In this document: one piece after another, positions 52,401-64,000 of the stretch | How the letters are laid out: every line of letters starts with the position of its first letter | Position numbering within the stretch: position 1 is the first letter of the stretch | NCBI RefSeq assembly: GCF_902652985.1 | Contig: NC_047015.1 | Coordinates: 12,214,001-12,278,000 of the forward strand | Source: Pecten maximus | Taxonomy: Eukaryota | Reading direction: 5' to 3' | Length of the DNA stretch: 64,000 nucleotides | Notes under the pieces: generated by a model | Seen by the model: only the letters and a program-made list of their open reading frames with translations | Told to the model about the DNA's origin: nothing | Database searches by the model: none | Made by a program: the position numbers and the translations under genes

Positions 52401-55400
52401 ATGTGTTTTCAAAATGGCGGCTATGGCGGCCATCTTGGATTTCGGACTGACCCGAAAAATAACAACACTTGGTCAGGACCATCCCAGCATCATTTCAGGC
52501 AAGTTGCAGCTCAATCCCACTGATGGAATTTGAGAAGAAGTTTTAAATAGGTGTTGTTTAGAAGAACCATGATTGCGCAATCACTTTACAAAATGGCCGC
52601 CGTGGCTGCCATGTCAAAGTTTTTACGGGGTCGAAAAATAACAACACTTTGTTGGCTTTCCTTCCTTAACATCCTCACCAATTTCCAGCTCAATGGCACC
52701 AGTGGAACTGGAGAAGAAGTTTAAAATGTGTTTTTCAACATGGTTGCCATGGCGGCCATCTTGGATTTCTGACCGACCCGAAAAATAACAACACTTGGTC
52801 AGGACCATCCCAGCATCATTTCAGGCAAGTTGCAGCTCAATCCCACTGATGGAATTTGAGAAGAAGTTTTAAATAGGTGTTGTTTAAAAGAACCATGATT
52901 GCGCAATCACTTTTCAAAATGGCCGCCATGGCTGCCATGTCAAAGTTTTTACGGGGTCGCAAAATAACAACACTTTGTTGGCTCTCCTTCCTTAACATCC
53001 TCACCAATTTCCAGCTCAATGGCACCAGTGGAACGGGAGAAGAAGTTTAAAATGTGTTTTTCAAGATGGTTGCCATGGCGGCCATCTTGGATTTCTGACC
53101 GACCCGAAAAATAACAACACTTCCTCAGGACCATCTCAGGATCATTTCTGGTAAGTAAGAGCTGAATCCCACTGGTGGAATTTGAGAAGAAGTTTTAAAT
53201 AGGTGTTGTTTAGAAGAACCATGATTGCGCAATCATTTTACAAAATGGCCGCCATGGCTGCCATGTCGAAGTTTTTACGGGGCCAAAAAATAACAACACT
53301 TTGTTGGCTCTCCTTCCTTAACATCCTCACTAATTTCCAGGTCAATGGCACCAGTGGAACTGGAGAAGAAGTTTAAAATGTGTTTTTCAAGATGGTTGCC
53401 ATGGCGGCCATCTTGGATTTCTGACCGACCTGAAAAATAACAACACTTCCTCAGGACCATCCCAGGATACTTTCAGGCAAGTTTCAGCTCAATCTCACCA
53501 GTGGAACTTGAGAAGAAGTTTCAAATGTGTTTTCAAAATGGCGGCTGTGGCGGCCATCTTGGATTTCAGACTGACCCGAAAAATAACAACACTTGGTCAG
53601 GACCATCCCAGCATCATTTCAGGCAAGTTTCAACTCAATCCCACTGATGGAACTTGAGAAGAAGTTTGAAATGTGAAAAGTTTACGCACGGCGCATGGCG
53701 GACGGCGCACGGCGCACGACGACGGACGAAGCATGATGACTATAGGTCATCCTGACCCTTCGGGTCAGATGACCTAAAAACTATGGAATCAATGATAAAG
53801 AATTTAATGTAAATGTACTAATATCTAAACCATAAGACATTCTAGATCATTTTATGTTTGATAAACCTCTGACCTGTTCCTGTATTTAGTCATGGTCATT
53901 TATTGGGACTAGCTTGACAGTCCTCTTCACATTTGCCGTTTTCAGGCAACTTATCAATACTCAAGGTGATATAAGATAGTTTTGTTACAGATTTCCCAAA
54001 ACATAACAGTAATGATATCATTATATTACTGGGTAGTTTCATAGGTTATTCACAAGTGCTTTCTATAAGTGTATGACCTTAAATGTAGGCAAAGATGAGC
54101 ACTTATAAAATAAACAAACAAGCATGCTGGGCTTAAGATAAAGTCCCCAACTGGACCCGCACCCAGACGGGGAGGAAACCTTTAGTCCTCCGGTTTCTCC
54201 GGTAGGGGACTTAAAATACAGTGGTTACTCATTTATACAACACAAAGATCATAATCTAACAGCTTTTACATACTCAGGGGAAAAAAATGCAAAAAGGAAA
54301 ATCAAAGTGTTGAGGCCACTTATAGGTGCTGTGCATGAGGGATTGAAAACAGGAGACAAGCAAATATTATATAAATACAAGAGATCCCAGAGGGATCTTG
54401 GCGCCCACCATTGAATGATCTTTATAGGTTCCATGTCAGATTGATCTTTTCTCTACTTTTCCCTTCCTCTAAGTCTTACTAATCTGTGTAAATTCAGAAA
54501 CAGCCCTCTAGTACTTTTCAAACAAGGGGAACCTATATATAAAATTTAAGATTTAGCGATAATGGCTGTCTGTTGTTTTCGGATTGGTCCCAAAATGCAA
54601 CACCAGGGACCAAGGGGAACCTACATATGAAATTTGAGAAAGATCCCTTCATTACCTTCTGTAAAATAGCGATAACAAACTTCAATTGTCAAAATACAAG
54701 ATGGCTGCCTGTCGGGCAGGTTGTTTTCTGACTGGTCTCAAAATCCAATATGCATAACTAGGCACAGAGGGCAACCTACAAATGAAATTTCACAAAGATC
54801 CCTTCAGCAATTTCTGATAAATAGCGATAACAAACTTCAATTGTCAAAATCAAAGATGGCTGCCTGTCGGCCATGTTGTTTTCCTATTAGTCCCAAGAAT
54901 TAGATGCAATATGCAGAACTACAGACCAAGGAGAACTTGCAAAAATGTTTGAGAAAGATCCCTTCAGTACTTTCTGAGAAATAGCGATAACAAACTTCAA
55001 TTGTCAAAATCCAAGATGGCTGCCTGTTGGCCATGTTGTTTTCCGATAGGTCTCAAAATGCAATATGCATAACTAGGCACAAAGGGGAACCTACATATGA
55101 AATTTGAGAAAGATCCCTTCAGTACTTTCTCAGAAATAGCGATAACAAACTTCAATTGTCAAAATCCAAGATGGCTGCCTGTCGGCCATTTTATTTTTTC
55201 CGATTGGTCTCAAAATGGAATATGCATAACTAGGCACCAAGGGGAATCTACATATCAAATTTGAGAAAGATCCCTTCAGTACTTTCTCAGAAATAGCGAT
55301 AACAAACTTCAATTGTCAAAATCCAAGATGGCTGCCTGTCGGCCATGTTGTTTTCCGATTGGTCTCAAAATGCAATATGCATAACTAGGCACCAAGGGAA

Positions 55401-58400
55401 ACCTACATATGAAATTTGAGAAAGATCCCTTCAGTACTTTCTCAGAAATAGCGATAACAAACTTCAATTATCAAAATCCAAGATGGCTGCCTGTCGGCCA
55501 TGTTGTTTTCCGATTGGTCTCAAAATGCAATATGCATAACTAGGCACCAAGGGGAATCTACATATGAAATTTGAGAAAGATCCCTTCAGTACTTTCTCAG
55601 AAATAGCGATAACAAACTTCAATTATCAAAATCCAAGATGGCTGCCTGTCGGCCATGTTGTTTTCCGATTGGTCTCAAAATGCAATATGCATAACTAGGC
55701 ACCAAGGGAAACCTACATATGAAATTTGAGAAAGATCCCTTCAGTACTTTCTCAGAAATAGCGATAACAAACTTCAATTGTCAAAATCCAAGATGGCTGC
55801 CTGTCGGCCATGTTGTTTTCCGATTGGTCTCAAAATGCAATATGCATAACTAGGCACCAAGAGAAACCCACATATGAAATTTGAGAAAGATCCCTTCAGT
55901 ACTTTCTGAGGATTAGCGATAACAAGAATTGTTTACGGACGGACGGAGGGACGGACGGACGGAGGGACGGACGGACGGACGGACGACGGACCACGGACGC
56001 AGGGCGATTTGAATAGCCCACCATCTGATGATGGTGGGCTAATAAAATGGCATGTGATAAGAAGGCATTTTCATTATTTTTAAGTGCATTCCTGAATCAT
56101 TTTACTGATGATTCCTGAATCATTTTACTGATGATTCCTGAATCATTTTACTGATGATTATCCTATGTCATTTTAAGAAATTTTATTTACTTTAAAAAGG
56201 CTGTGGTTGCGTTGAATTTGTGATGAACAGTGAAGAATTACGTTTTTAGACCTCACTTGAATTGGCATACTATGATTAACCTTAATTTCTATTATCGATT
56301 AATCCACGACGTCCTTCATGTTTCTCGATAAACAACATCACGATTCCCTATATACAAGATTCCTGTGATTTATTTTCCCAGTTTTTAAATTGTACTCAAT
56401 TTGCTATTTTTTTTTCTCTTCGTGTAATAACTGATCTGTATCCTGATTAGAAATCTCGGATATTTAATTTGTTCCCCATGAATTGGCCTACCTTATCTCT
56501 TCCTATGACTTGTTGAATCGCACGTTTATGTTAAATAATTTGGGCAAGCATTTCACTATCGACTGATTTAAAACATGCAACCTCTTAATTTATTGCTATC
56601 AGAATCTCTGTTGCGGAAACAAGCTAACTTTAGGTTTTGTTTCATAATCACTTCAACGAAGTCCACCAGCACGACCATTTTGGGGTGACTATTTTAACTA
56701 TGGCCTATTTCTCGGAAATGACGAACCAGTGAAGTATTTGACTTTCATTTTAAGTATCGAATGTAAAACAATCGGAGATTTCACTTATCAATTTCCAAAT
56801 GGAAAATCTGAGACTAAAAACATTATCCGATGGCCAAGGGCCATTTTTATCAACCCAAGAGCTCAAGGCAACTTTCCAATGTGGCATCAACTGGAGTGTA
56901 GACGAATTACCTCCCCTCGCACAAACCAGCAAGCAAGCGTAATAATTTGCACAGAAGATAGTTCGGAATACCAGGGATAAAACAGGTATGATTAAAGCTG
57001 TTTTTCTATAATTTATTTAAATTCAACGAATATCTTCAAACATATAAAAGCATGAATCATATTACTTAATCACAAACAAATACCTTGCAGAAGGAGACAA
57101 GATTGTCTAGTGTGTTGTTAGCATTTTTGGGAAAAATTATTTCCGGTCCCATCCTGAACTCATCCAGATTTATCTTTGAAATAAGCAACATTTCATTCCC
57201 CCGAGAGTTCCAAATGAATTGTTCTAGCAAAATTTGGGGATGACCGTTAAAGGATGCTGTTTCACAGCACCTAAACATTATGTTTAGCTATATCTAGATA
57301 GACATACTTAACTTACATGTGTTATATAGAAATACATGTGAATCACTCTATAATTCTAAAGGATTCGGGTAATCTGCAGGTGATCCACATCCATCACTTT
57401 TTAAGATACTATTGAAGAAACTAAGACAAAATTTAATACCCAAAACATGTAAGTAGATACTTCATGTTTCAAGTTTGATTTTACTATCTAATTATATAAG
57501 TGAGCATATCTAATTATATAAGTGAGCATTTCTATATAAATCTATTTATGATCTTTTTAAACCTACAAGTTGAAATACTGCCCATGTAACCACACAGATT
57601 ATTCAATTCAAATGTAAAGTAAATCAACCTTACCTGGAACTCTGTGGACAGTTTTTTCTCAATCCACTCTGTTATGTGTGTGATGGTCAGTTCTCTAGCT
57701 CCAACCTTTGGTTTAGCGACCAGGTGTAGCTTGGGATTGCCTCTGAACCCATACCTAATACAACAGGGCATCACAGACTATAAGAATCAACTTATCAAAA
57801 ATAATCTATTTATAGTAACAATGACCTCAAGATAGCTGAAACACACACTAGTACAAGAGATGATAACTGTGAGTAAATGAGTATGAAGTTTCAGGATAAT
57901 CGGATCATTAAACAAGGCATCGCAAACGATACAAATCCCCTCGTGTGCTAACACATGAACTCTGACGCAAAATGGGGGGTGGGGTTATTGCAGGACATTG
58001 AAATAACATCAGTTGTCATTTGCACTGAACTGCAATAGACATGGATGGGCTTATTATCGGGCACGGGCTATCGAGGTATTGCCATGCTGGACCAATACAT
58101 GAAGTTTGGTCAGGATCCATTCAAAAATGAAGTCGCAATAACGTCGACAAAGATTTTCTATAAATAGTAACGGTGACCTTGACCTTAACATTGGCGCCCT
58201 GAAACACGAACTTGTTTGAGGTATTGCCATGCTTGACCCATATATGAAGTTTGGTCAGGATCCGTTCAAAAATGAAGTCGCAAGAGCGCTGACAAAGATT
58301 TTCTATAAATAGTAATGCTGACCTTGACCTTGGCACCCTGAAACACGAACTCGTTCGAGGTATTCCCATGCTTGACCCATATATGAAGTTTGGTCAGGAT

Positions 58401-61400
58401 CCGTTCAGAAATGAAGTTTCAAGAGTGCTGACAAAGATTTTCTATAAATAGTAACGGTGACCTTGACCTTGGCACCCTGAAACACGAACTCGTTCGAGGT
58501 ATTCCCATGCTGGACCCATATATGAAGTTTGGTCAGAATCCGTTCAAAAATGAAGTCGCAAGAGCGCTGACAAAAAGTAAACATACGTACTTACGTACCT
58601 ATGTACGTACTTACGTACGAACGGAACGCTATATCCCCTCCCTGACTTTCGTCCCGAGGGGATAATAAGTCCTAAGCATGAGGAGGACAAAAATCTATTT
58701 ACATTTACCAGTAATAATTGCATGAAGTATCAGGGCAATTGGATCATTAATGAAGTCTGCAGTAAGGGGACAAAAAGGGGAAATAGCTATAGTTCCACGG
58801 AATTGGGCAGGCTCACATTTTCTGTAAATCTTATTGTACTGTATACATGAAAACAAATGTATATTACTAAGTAAAACTTTGTTAATAGAGGATAAAAATA
58901 AAAGTGATTAGGGGATTCACCAAAAAATTTATGTATCTGTCAAGATTTTCATGAGATATGTGCACCAGTTTTTTCAAAAATTTAGTTAAGTGCAGTCTTT
59001 GATCTTTAACTTTGAGTGAGGACCATCAAAATCTAATTTGGATTAGAATTTCATGCTGTGATGTTATGATGTGGATATGAACTATATATGTCCAGGAGAT
59101 CAAGAGCTATAATGTACTTTCAGAGACAAGCTTTTTATTTGAAAAGTGGTTAAGTGTGACCTTTAACCTTATAACTTGGATGATATAATCTGGTGTAGAA
59201 CCTGATAGTATGATGCTATGGTGTGAATATGAACTAAATATTTCCAGTGGTTTATGAGATATGATGTAGACAAAATTATCATGGATGGGCGTACATATGC
59301 ACATGCAGACCCAAAATGTGATTACTACACCCCTTGCTAAAGTGAGGGGTATGATGAACAATAAATGTTTTGATTGGCCTGCAGGAGGGAAATTTTCAAA
59401 TGTTGACAGACAGTTAGGGTCTCTCAGGCAGTAGCCACAGTCTGTCAGTGGGAGTGGGAGGAATGTTGATAGCTATGTCTGTATTCTTACCACAGTCTGT
59501 CAGTGGGAGGGGGAGGAATGTTGATAGCTATGTCAGTATTCTTACCACAGTCTGTCAGTGGGAGGGGGAGGAATGTTGATAGCTATGTCAGTATTCTTAC
59601 CACAGTCTGTCAGTGAGAAGGGAGGAATGTTGATAGCTATGTCAGTATTCTTACCACAGTTTGTCAGTGGGAGGGGGAGGAATGTTGATAGCTATGTCAG
59701 TATTCTTACCACAGTCTGTCAGTGGGAGGGGGAGGAATGTTGATAGCTATGTCTGTATTCTTACCACAGTCTGTCAGTGGGAGGGGGAGGAATGTTGATA
59801 GCTATGTCAGTATTCTTACCACAGTTTGTCAGTGGGAGGGGGAGGAATGTTGATAGCTATGTCAGTATTCTTACCACAGTCTGTCAGTGGGAGGGGGAGG
59901 AATGTTGATAGCTATGTCAGTATTCTTACTACAGTCTGTCAGTGGGAGGGGGAGGAATGGTGATAGCTATGTCAGTATTCTTACTACAGTCTGTCAGTGG
60001 GAGGGGGAGGAATGGTGATAGCTATGTCAGTATTCTTACCACAGTCTGTCAGTGGGTGGGGGGATGTTGATAGCCATGGCAGTCTTACTTACCACAGTCG
60101 GTCAGTGGGAGGGGGAGGGATGTTGATAGCCATGGTCCCAGACAGTATTCGAACTTCAACCGTCAGTTCTATAGGTGTGTTGGAAACTTCTTCCATCTTC
60201 TTCTTGATATACTTGATCTCTGTAGCACTTTGGAAATATTTGGACTGTGTGATCTTGCCTAGATATCCCATGATCTTTTTGCTGGCTCTACCACCTCGTG
60301 CACTACCGACAAAATAAAAGCTATTAACATCATCACTGGTATATTTTGAGTATATGTAGTAACATTCTATTGAATAAGGAAGGTAGAGCCAACGTCAGTT
60401 CAGGTGGGTGGGTCCTTCAGCGGGGTGCTTCACTTGAACTTGGATACACAAGGTATGCAGGGCGATTAACAGAGTATATAAATATAAAGAGGGGGGAGGT
60501 TAACCGCAACAAGGACAAGTGTCACCAGGTAAGTGGGTTACTTATAATTTATTTGTCGACTAGTTTCGCCTCTATATGCGAGGCTTCATCAGGACCTTCA
60601 ACATTCTATTGAGTGACATAGAAATAATACTTAAAACAATTAATATACTGTTTCCATATATATATATACATGTAAAAACAGTTATATTACTGCAGTATAT
60701 TTAGTATAATTGTACATCAATTTGGTGAAATGTATACAGACAGGAACAAACCATCTAACAAACATTAATTCCCTAAAAAACCTATTTTAACATGAATAAA
60801 TAATTCTATTTGACAGTACTATTTATAGACATACCCATCTTCTGCACTTGGTGAGGAAGCATCTTCTTCCTCATCACTTGAAGATTCAGCACTGTCTTCC
60901 TCGTCTTCATCTGTTATTGCTGATCTGAAAATGAACATAAAAAAGTTCTGCAGATTCCTAAGCTTCATTTCTTCACATGTTCACAAAATATCTTGCATTT
61001 AACTAGGTCTATGTCCAAAATACATTCAAGCACTAGCTATGCTGCATAAGAAGTTAGTTATGCACACACCATGCTTCGATTGACATTTAAACTTTGGTCA
61101 CCAAAAATTGATCACAATAATAATAAGCGTTGTTGCACTCAGTGCAGCAGGTGCTTAAAAAGGGTTTATCTTAAATTGAAAACATAAATGATAATCTTTT
61201 GCATGCACAGGTAGAATAAGTTATAAAGGTACAATAAGTGTGCCTACCTTCTGGCTGACTCTGTCTCTTGTTTGTCAATTGGTGTCTTCTTCAGCCTCAT
61301 AAGGTTCACTTTGGTCTCTATTGTCATTTGAAAGCCACCTTCATAGTTGACATCTATATCTACCCAGAATCCTTGCTCATCAAAGTAGGGTCGTGCTCCA

Positions 61401-63160
61401 CGACGCAAATTTGGCACCTCATTTCCCAGGTCGATATTTGTAATCTTTAGCTCCTCTATGAAATATGGAATCTGAAATAAGCATGGGAAAACTGTGAAAA
61501 TGTGGAACGATTATAGAGATTTGTTCAGAAATAATAATTCTTATGAATCAAATGCAGAAGAGTACAATTCTACATGCGGATGTCTGAAGATGAACAGACC
61601 TCTGACCATATATAGAATTTACCTACTTTAAACTGGTCTATGATATTCTAAGACTTACCAATGGCCAATGGTCTTTCAGTACAATCACTAGTTCTCAAAA
61701 TTTGCCTAAATATGACATTTTACCCCAAATAACGCTCTTTCTGAGAAGTGAGAAAAAATACATCTGATTTGTTATAGAATTCATTCCAATTCGGCAATAA
61801 ACTATATTATAAATCAATTGGAGAGACAATAAAGATTTCATATCTAAAAATCTAAGGTTAATATTCATGTAATACTACAATGCAATAGTATAATTTTTGA
61901 GAAACTGATCTTAAAAAGTCCAGATTCCCAGCATACATAACTTCCCAATAATAGAACCATAAATTCTGGATGTTATTATGTTAATGAAGAGTGTATTGAG
62001 GCTTTCCACTGTGTGAACTGACCAAGTTTGGTTATAGTTGAAATGATACCTTTGAGCAACAGATTTAAATACAAAAACTGCAGAGTGAAATGTTTATAAC
62101 GGCCCTTTCAGCATTGGCATCATCACTGGATAGGTAAAATCATAGACTTAAACTTACCTTGAGACTTTAAAAATTATCTTTTCACGCAGGAAAAATCATA
62201 ATACAGAAATCTCAGTATGTAGGGTTTCTATTTCAAATTATACAAAAATTATACAAAACTCACATGTATTTTACTTAATTTCCTCTGCAGTTTATCCAGG
62301 ACTTTATCAATAAAATACTGCTCATGCAGGAAGTCCCAAAATATTCTATTGATGAGTGCATTTAGCCAGAGTATGTTGAAATCACAATCAATGGGGCTAA
62401 CATATTCTGGAGTCCCTCGCTTCACATGAGTTGGGGTTGACTGGGAGTCTTTCACCTCCTTAGGCATAACCCTGCCCATGAAGCGTATAAAGTCTTCTAA
62501 GCTAGATTTACTAGACACAGGGATATCATCTGTTTCCTTAGTTGGGGAGGATGACCCTGACGACGTTGAATCAGTTGATTCCTGCCTTTTGTTCTGTTGT
62601 ACACCTTCTGTGCTGTTGTTCCTGCTATGGCGCTGGGATTGGGATGATGACTTTTTAATGCACTTGCGTATGAGACCAAGATGGCTTGGGAGGGGCTTAG
62701 CTGCTGCAGCTGCAGTAAAACGTTTGTACCAGTCTTCCTTCTCCCTACAAGTCCTCGCAAACAGGAACAGGATTCCATTCCCACAGGTTTGCTCTGTTAC
62801 AATTTCAAATCCTAGCTCAGAGTCTGGAGTCTCAGCAAGCTTTTGCTCATTCACCATAGCATGGTGTTTTGGGTCAGTACTTGCTAGGGCTATGCAGATT
62901 GGATATTTTTTGCTCCAAATACGTTTTTTCACCAGTCCTGGTGGCACCAAAAATACCTTGCTGCCCTCTAAGTTGTAATGTCTCTGATGAATGAACTGGG
63001 GTGTCGGAATTGGAGGTTCATCCCACATTGAACGCCTGGCAATGTTTGTTTTTGGCCGCCGCAGACGTAAAACTGAATTTTCTAGATCGACATAGATTGA
63101 ATGAGTTTGGTTGATGTGATACTTTTCTGGGTTGTAGCTTGGAATTTCATTCATCCATCC
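49439..63160 (-). CDS. TEX2: Testis-expressed protein 2 (PH + SMP domain ER contact-site lipid transfer protein), 3' part only (545 aa); 5' exons lie beyond the window
   Basis: Exons 63160-62264, 61471-61248, 60924-60835, 60302-60093, 57754-57634, 49534-49439 (TAG), phases consistent. Motifs: GWMNEI..YNPEKYH..THSIYV.LE..LRL; LVPPGLVKKRIWSKKYPICI; LFARTCREKEDWY; WLNALINRIFWDFL; QRKLSKIHIPYFIEEL; MTIETKVNLMRL; DEEDSAESSSDEE; EEVSNTPIELTVEV..LSGTMAINIPPPPTDRLWYGFRGNP; FVYPNLDD. Confidence 0.96.
50225..51696 (+). mobile_element. Two abutting HINE-like elements (50225-50621 and 50622-51696)
   Basis: The first resembles the 1478 family and ends CAGGTGATCTAAAA. The second starts at once with AACAAGAGGCCCATAGGGC and has four core repeats of about 160 bp. 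Confidence 0.7.
51697..53780 (+). mobile_element. Complete HINE/pearl-like element, same family as 43064-44210, with an expanded core array
   Basis: Terminal boxes are nearly identical to 43064. The 326-bp periodicity appears as repeated pseudo-ORFs at 52623, 52949 and 53275. Confidence 0.85.
54374..56046 (+). mobile_element. Complete HINE/pearl-like element with about nine 155-bp core repeats
   Basis: 5' hairpin AAGAGATCCC-AGA-GGGATCTT, a homogeneous array, (GGAC)n microsatellite at about 55936-55985, and a 3' hairpin AGCCCACCATC-TGA-TGATGGTGGGCT. Confidence 0.85.
57909..58666 (+). mobile_element. HINE-like element with about four core repeats of about 135 bp
   Basis: AAACAAGG start, TGACCTTGACCTT core repeats, (TACG) microsatellite, and a 3' hairpin TATCCCCTC...GAGGGGATA. 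Confidence 0.8.
59436..60092. repeat. 55-bp minisatellite (12 copies) derived from a TEX2 exon/donor junction
   Basis: The minus-strand unit ATAGCTATCAACATTCCTCCCCCTCCCACTGACAGACTGTG-GTAAGAATACTGAC copies the last ~41 nt of the exon (AINIPPPPTDRLW) plus a donor site. Confidence 0.95.
60374..60599 (-). mobile_element. 226-bp hammerhead-containing retro-insertion (retrozyme or Penelope pLTR-like)
   Basis: Flanked by a perfect 13-bp direct repeat AACATTCTATTGA (60361-60373 and 60600-60612). It is more GC-rich than the host intron and contains the hammerhead. Confidence 0.7.
60555..60595 (-). ncRNA. Minimal type I hammerhead ribozyme (intact core) in a TEX2 intron, sense strand
   Basis: The minus strand reads GUC-CUGAUGA-A-GCCUC-gcauaua-GAGGC-GAAA-CUAG-UC^GAC. 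Both catalytic boxes are complete, stem II is 5 bp, stem III is the palindrome ACUAGU, the cleavage triplet is GUC, and stem I is GUC/GAC. Confidence 0.8.
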
Positions 63161-64000
63161 CTACAATAACAATATTTATAATACTACAATGGTGTATTGT
63201 ACCAGCATTTCAATTACATCATTTTATCATATGAGAGCTCTGTGCGTAATCACAATACCATTAATAGCATCTTAAGGCAATACATTTTGTACCAAGCCAG
63301 CTAGTCCAAGAATGCTGCATTACTTATCATATCTATGGGCATTTAAAACTATACAAGTCTGAAAATATCAAATACTGTTTTAAATCTTCAATTTACCACC
63401 ACATAATATTGACACCATTCTACAATAGATATCCTCAAGACAACAATAGTTAACAGATCAATCTCATGGGAGTCCATAATAGTGAATATATCAATACAAT
63501 TTCTTAACCTGTATATGATCCATATCAACATGGTCAAAGGCTTATATTCTGTAATAAATGCTCATTTGGAGCGAATCTGAGAATGAATTGTTTTAGAATG
63601 AGCCTAATACCAAGATAATTGATATTCAATCAACATTTGATAATAATTTAAATGTAAACAAATGTACATTCAACTACATATTCAAAAAATAAATGTTCAA
63701 TTTTATATCTTTTTTGCAACAGTGACCTTGACCATTGTGGACCTTTAGGCCTGGAAATTAAAGCTATATCCAATAAATGGACTTTCTTATAAGAAGCACT
63801 GAATGAAGTATGGTCAATTTCCACTTTTCCTGACCTACAAATGTAGGTCACATACAGAGAAATTCTGGGCTAAAATACAGGTACACGTACGCGTGACACC
63901 AGTGATTCCAAGAGTACCAAAATTGATCGTCATGGTCCATGGCATGGGCACACTGTGCATTGTGAATGGTATATATATATGTAGTCAATCAATACCATAA

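Noticed and set aside
43273-55312. Many repeated ORFs of 60-98 aa (e.g. MVLRKCCYFSGRSEIQDG...)
   Set aside because: They are translations of HINE core repeats and recur at the repeat period.
56190-57275. Kolobok-like transposon (TTAA-AGG ends, CpG-richer interior)
   Set aside because: A matching TIR pair and TSD could not be established.
62478-62978. 166-aa plus-strand ORF
   Set aside because: Antisense shadow of the large TEX2 exon.

Overview
AT-rich, intron-rich animal DNA. The repeat families point to a bivalve mollusc (inference). Three spliced genes were reconstructed by hand from GT-AG junctions: (1) ARPC1, the Arp2/3 p41 WD40 subunit (minus strand, CDS 8896-17213); (2) a CNPY3/4 canopy-family ER chaperone ending in RDEL (plus strand, CDS 19266-33606), head-to-head with ARPC1; (3) the 3' part of TEX2, a PH+SMP lipid-transfer protein (minus strand, 49439-63160), running off the right edge. 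Introns and UTRs are filled with minisatellites (21-70 bp units), Helentron/pearl-type non-autonomous elements with internal tandem arrays, and MITEs. Points of interest: about 65 conserved ARPC1 codons are absent and the flanking splice phases do not match; each of the three genes has a minimal type I hammerhead ribozyme motif in an intron, the TEX2 one intact inside a 226-bp insertion with a 13-bp TSD; tiny LTR-like elements carry a tRNA cloverleaf; tandem repeats built from exon/5' splice-site junctions create decoy donors in TEX2 and ARPC1; and there are decayed Penelope GIY-YIG and Myb/SANT coding relics. No CRISPR array or prokaryotic system is present.
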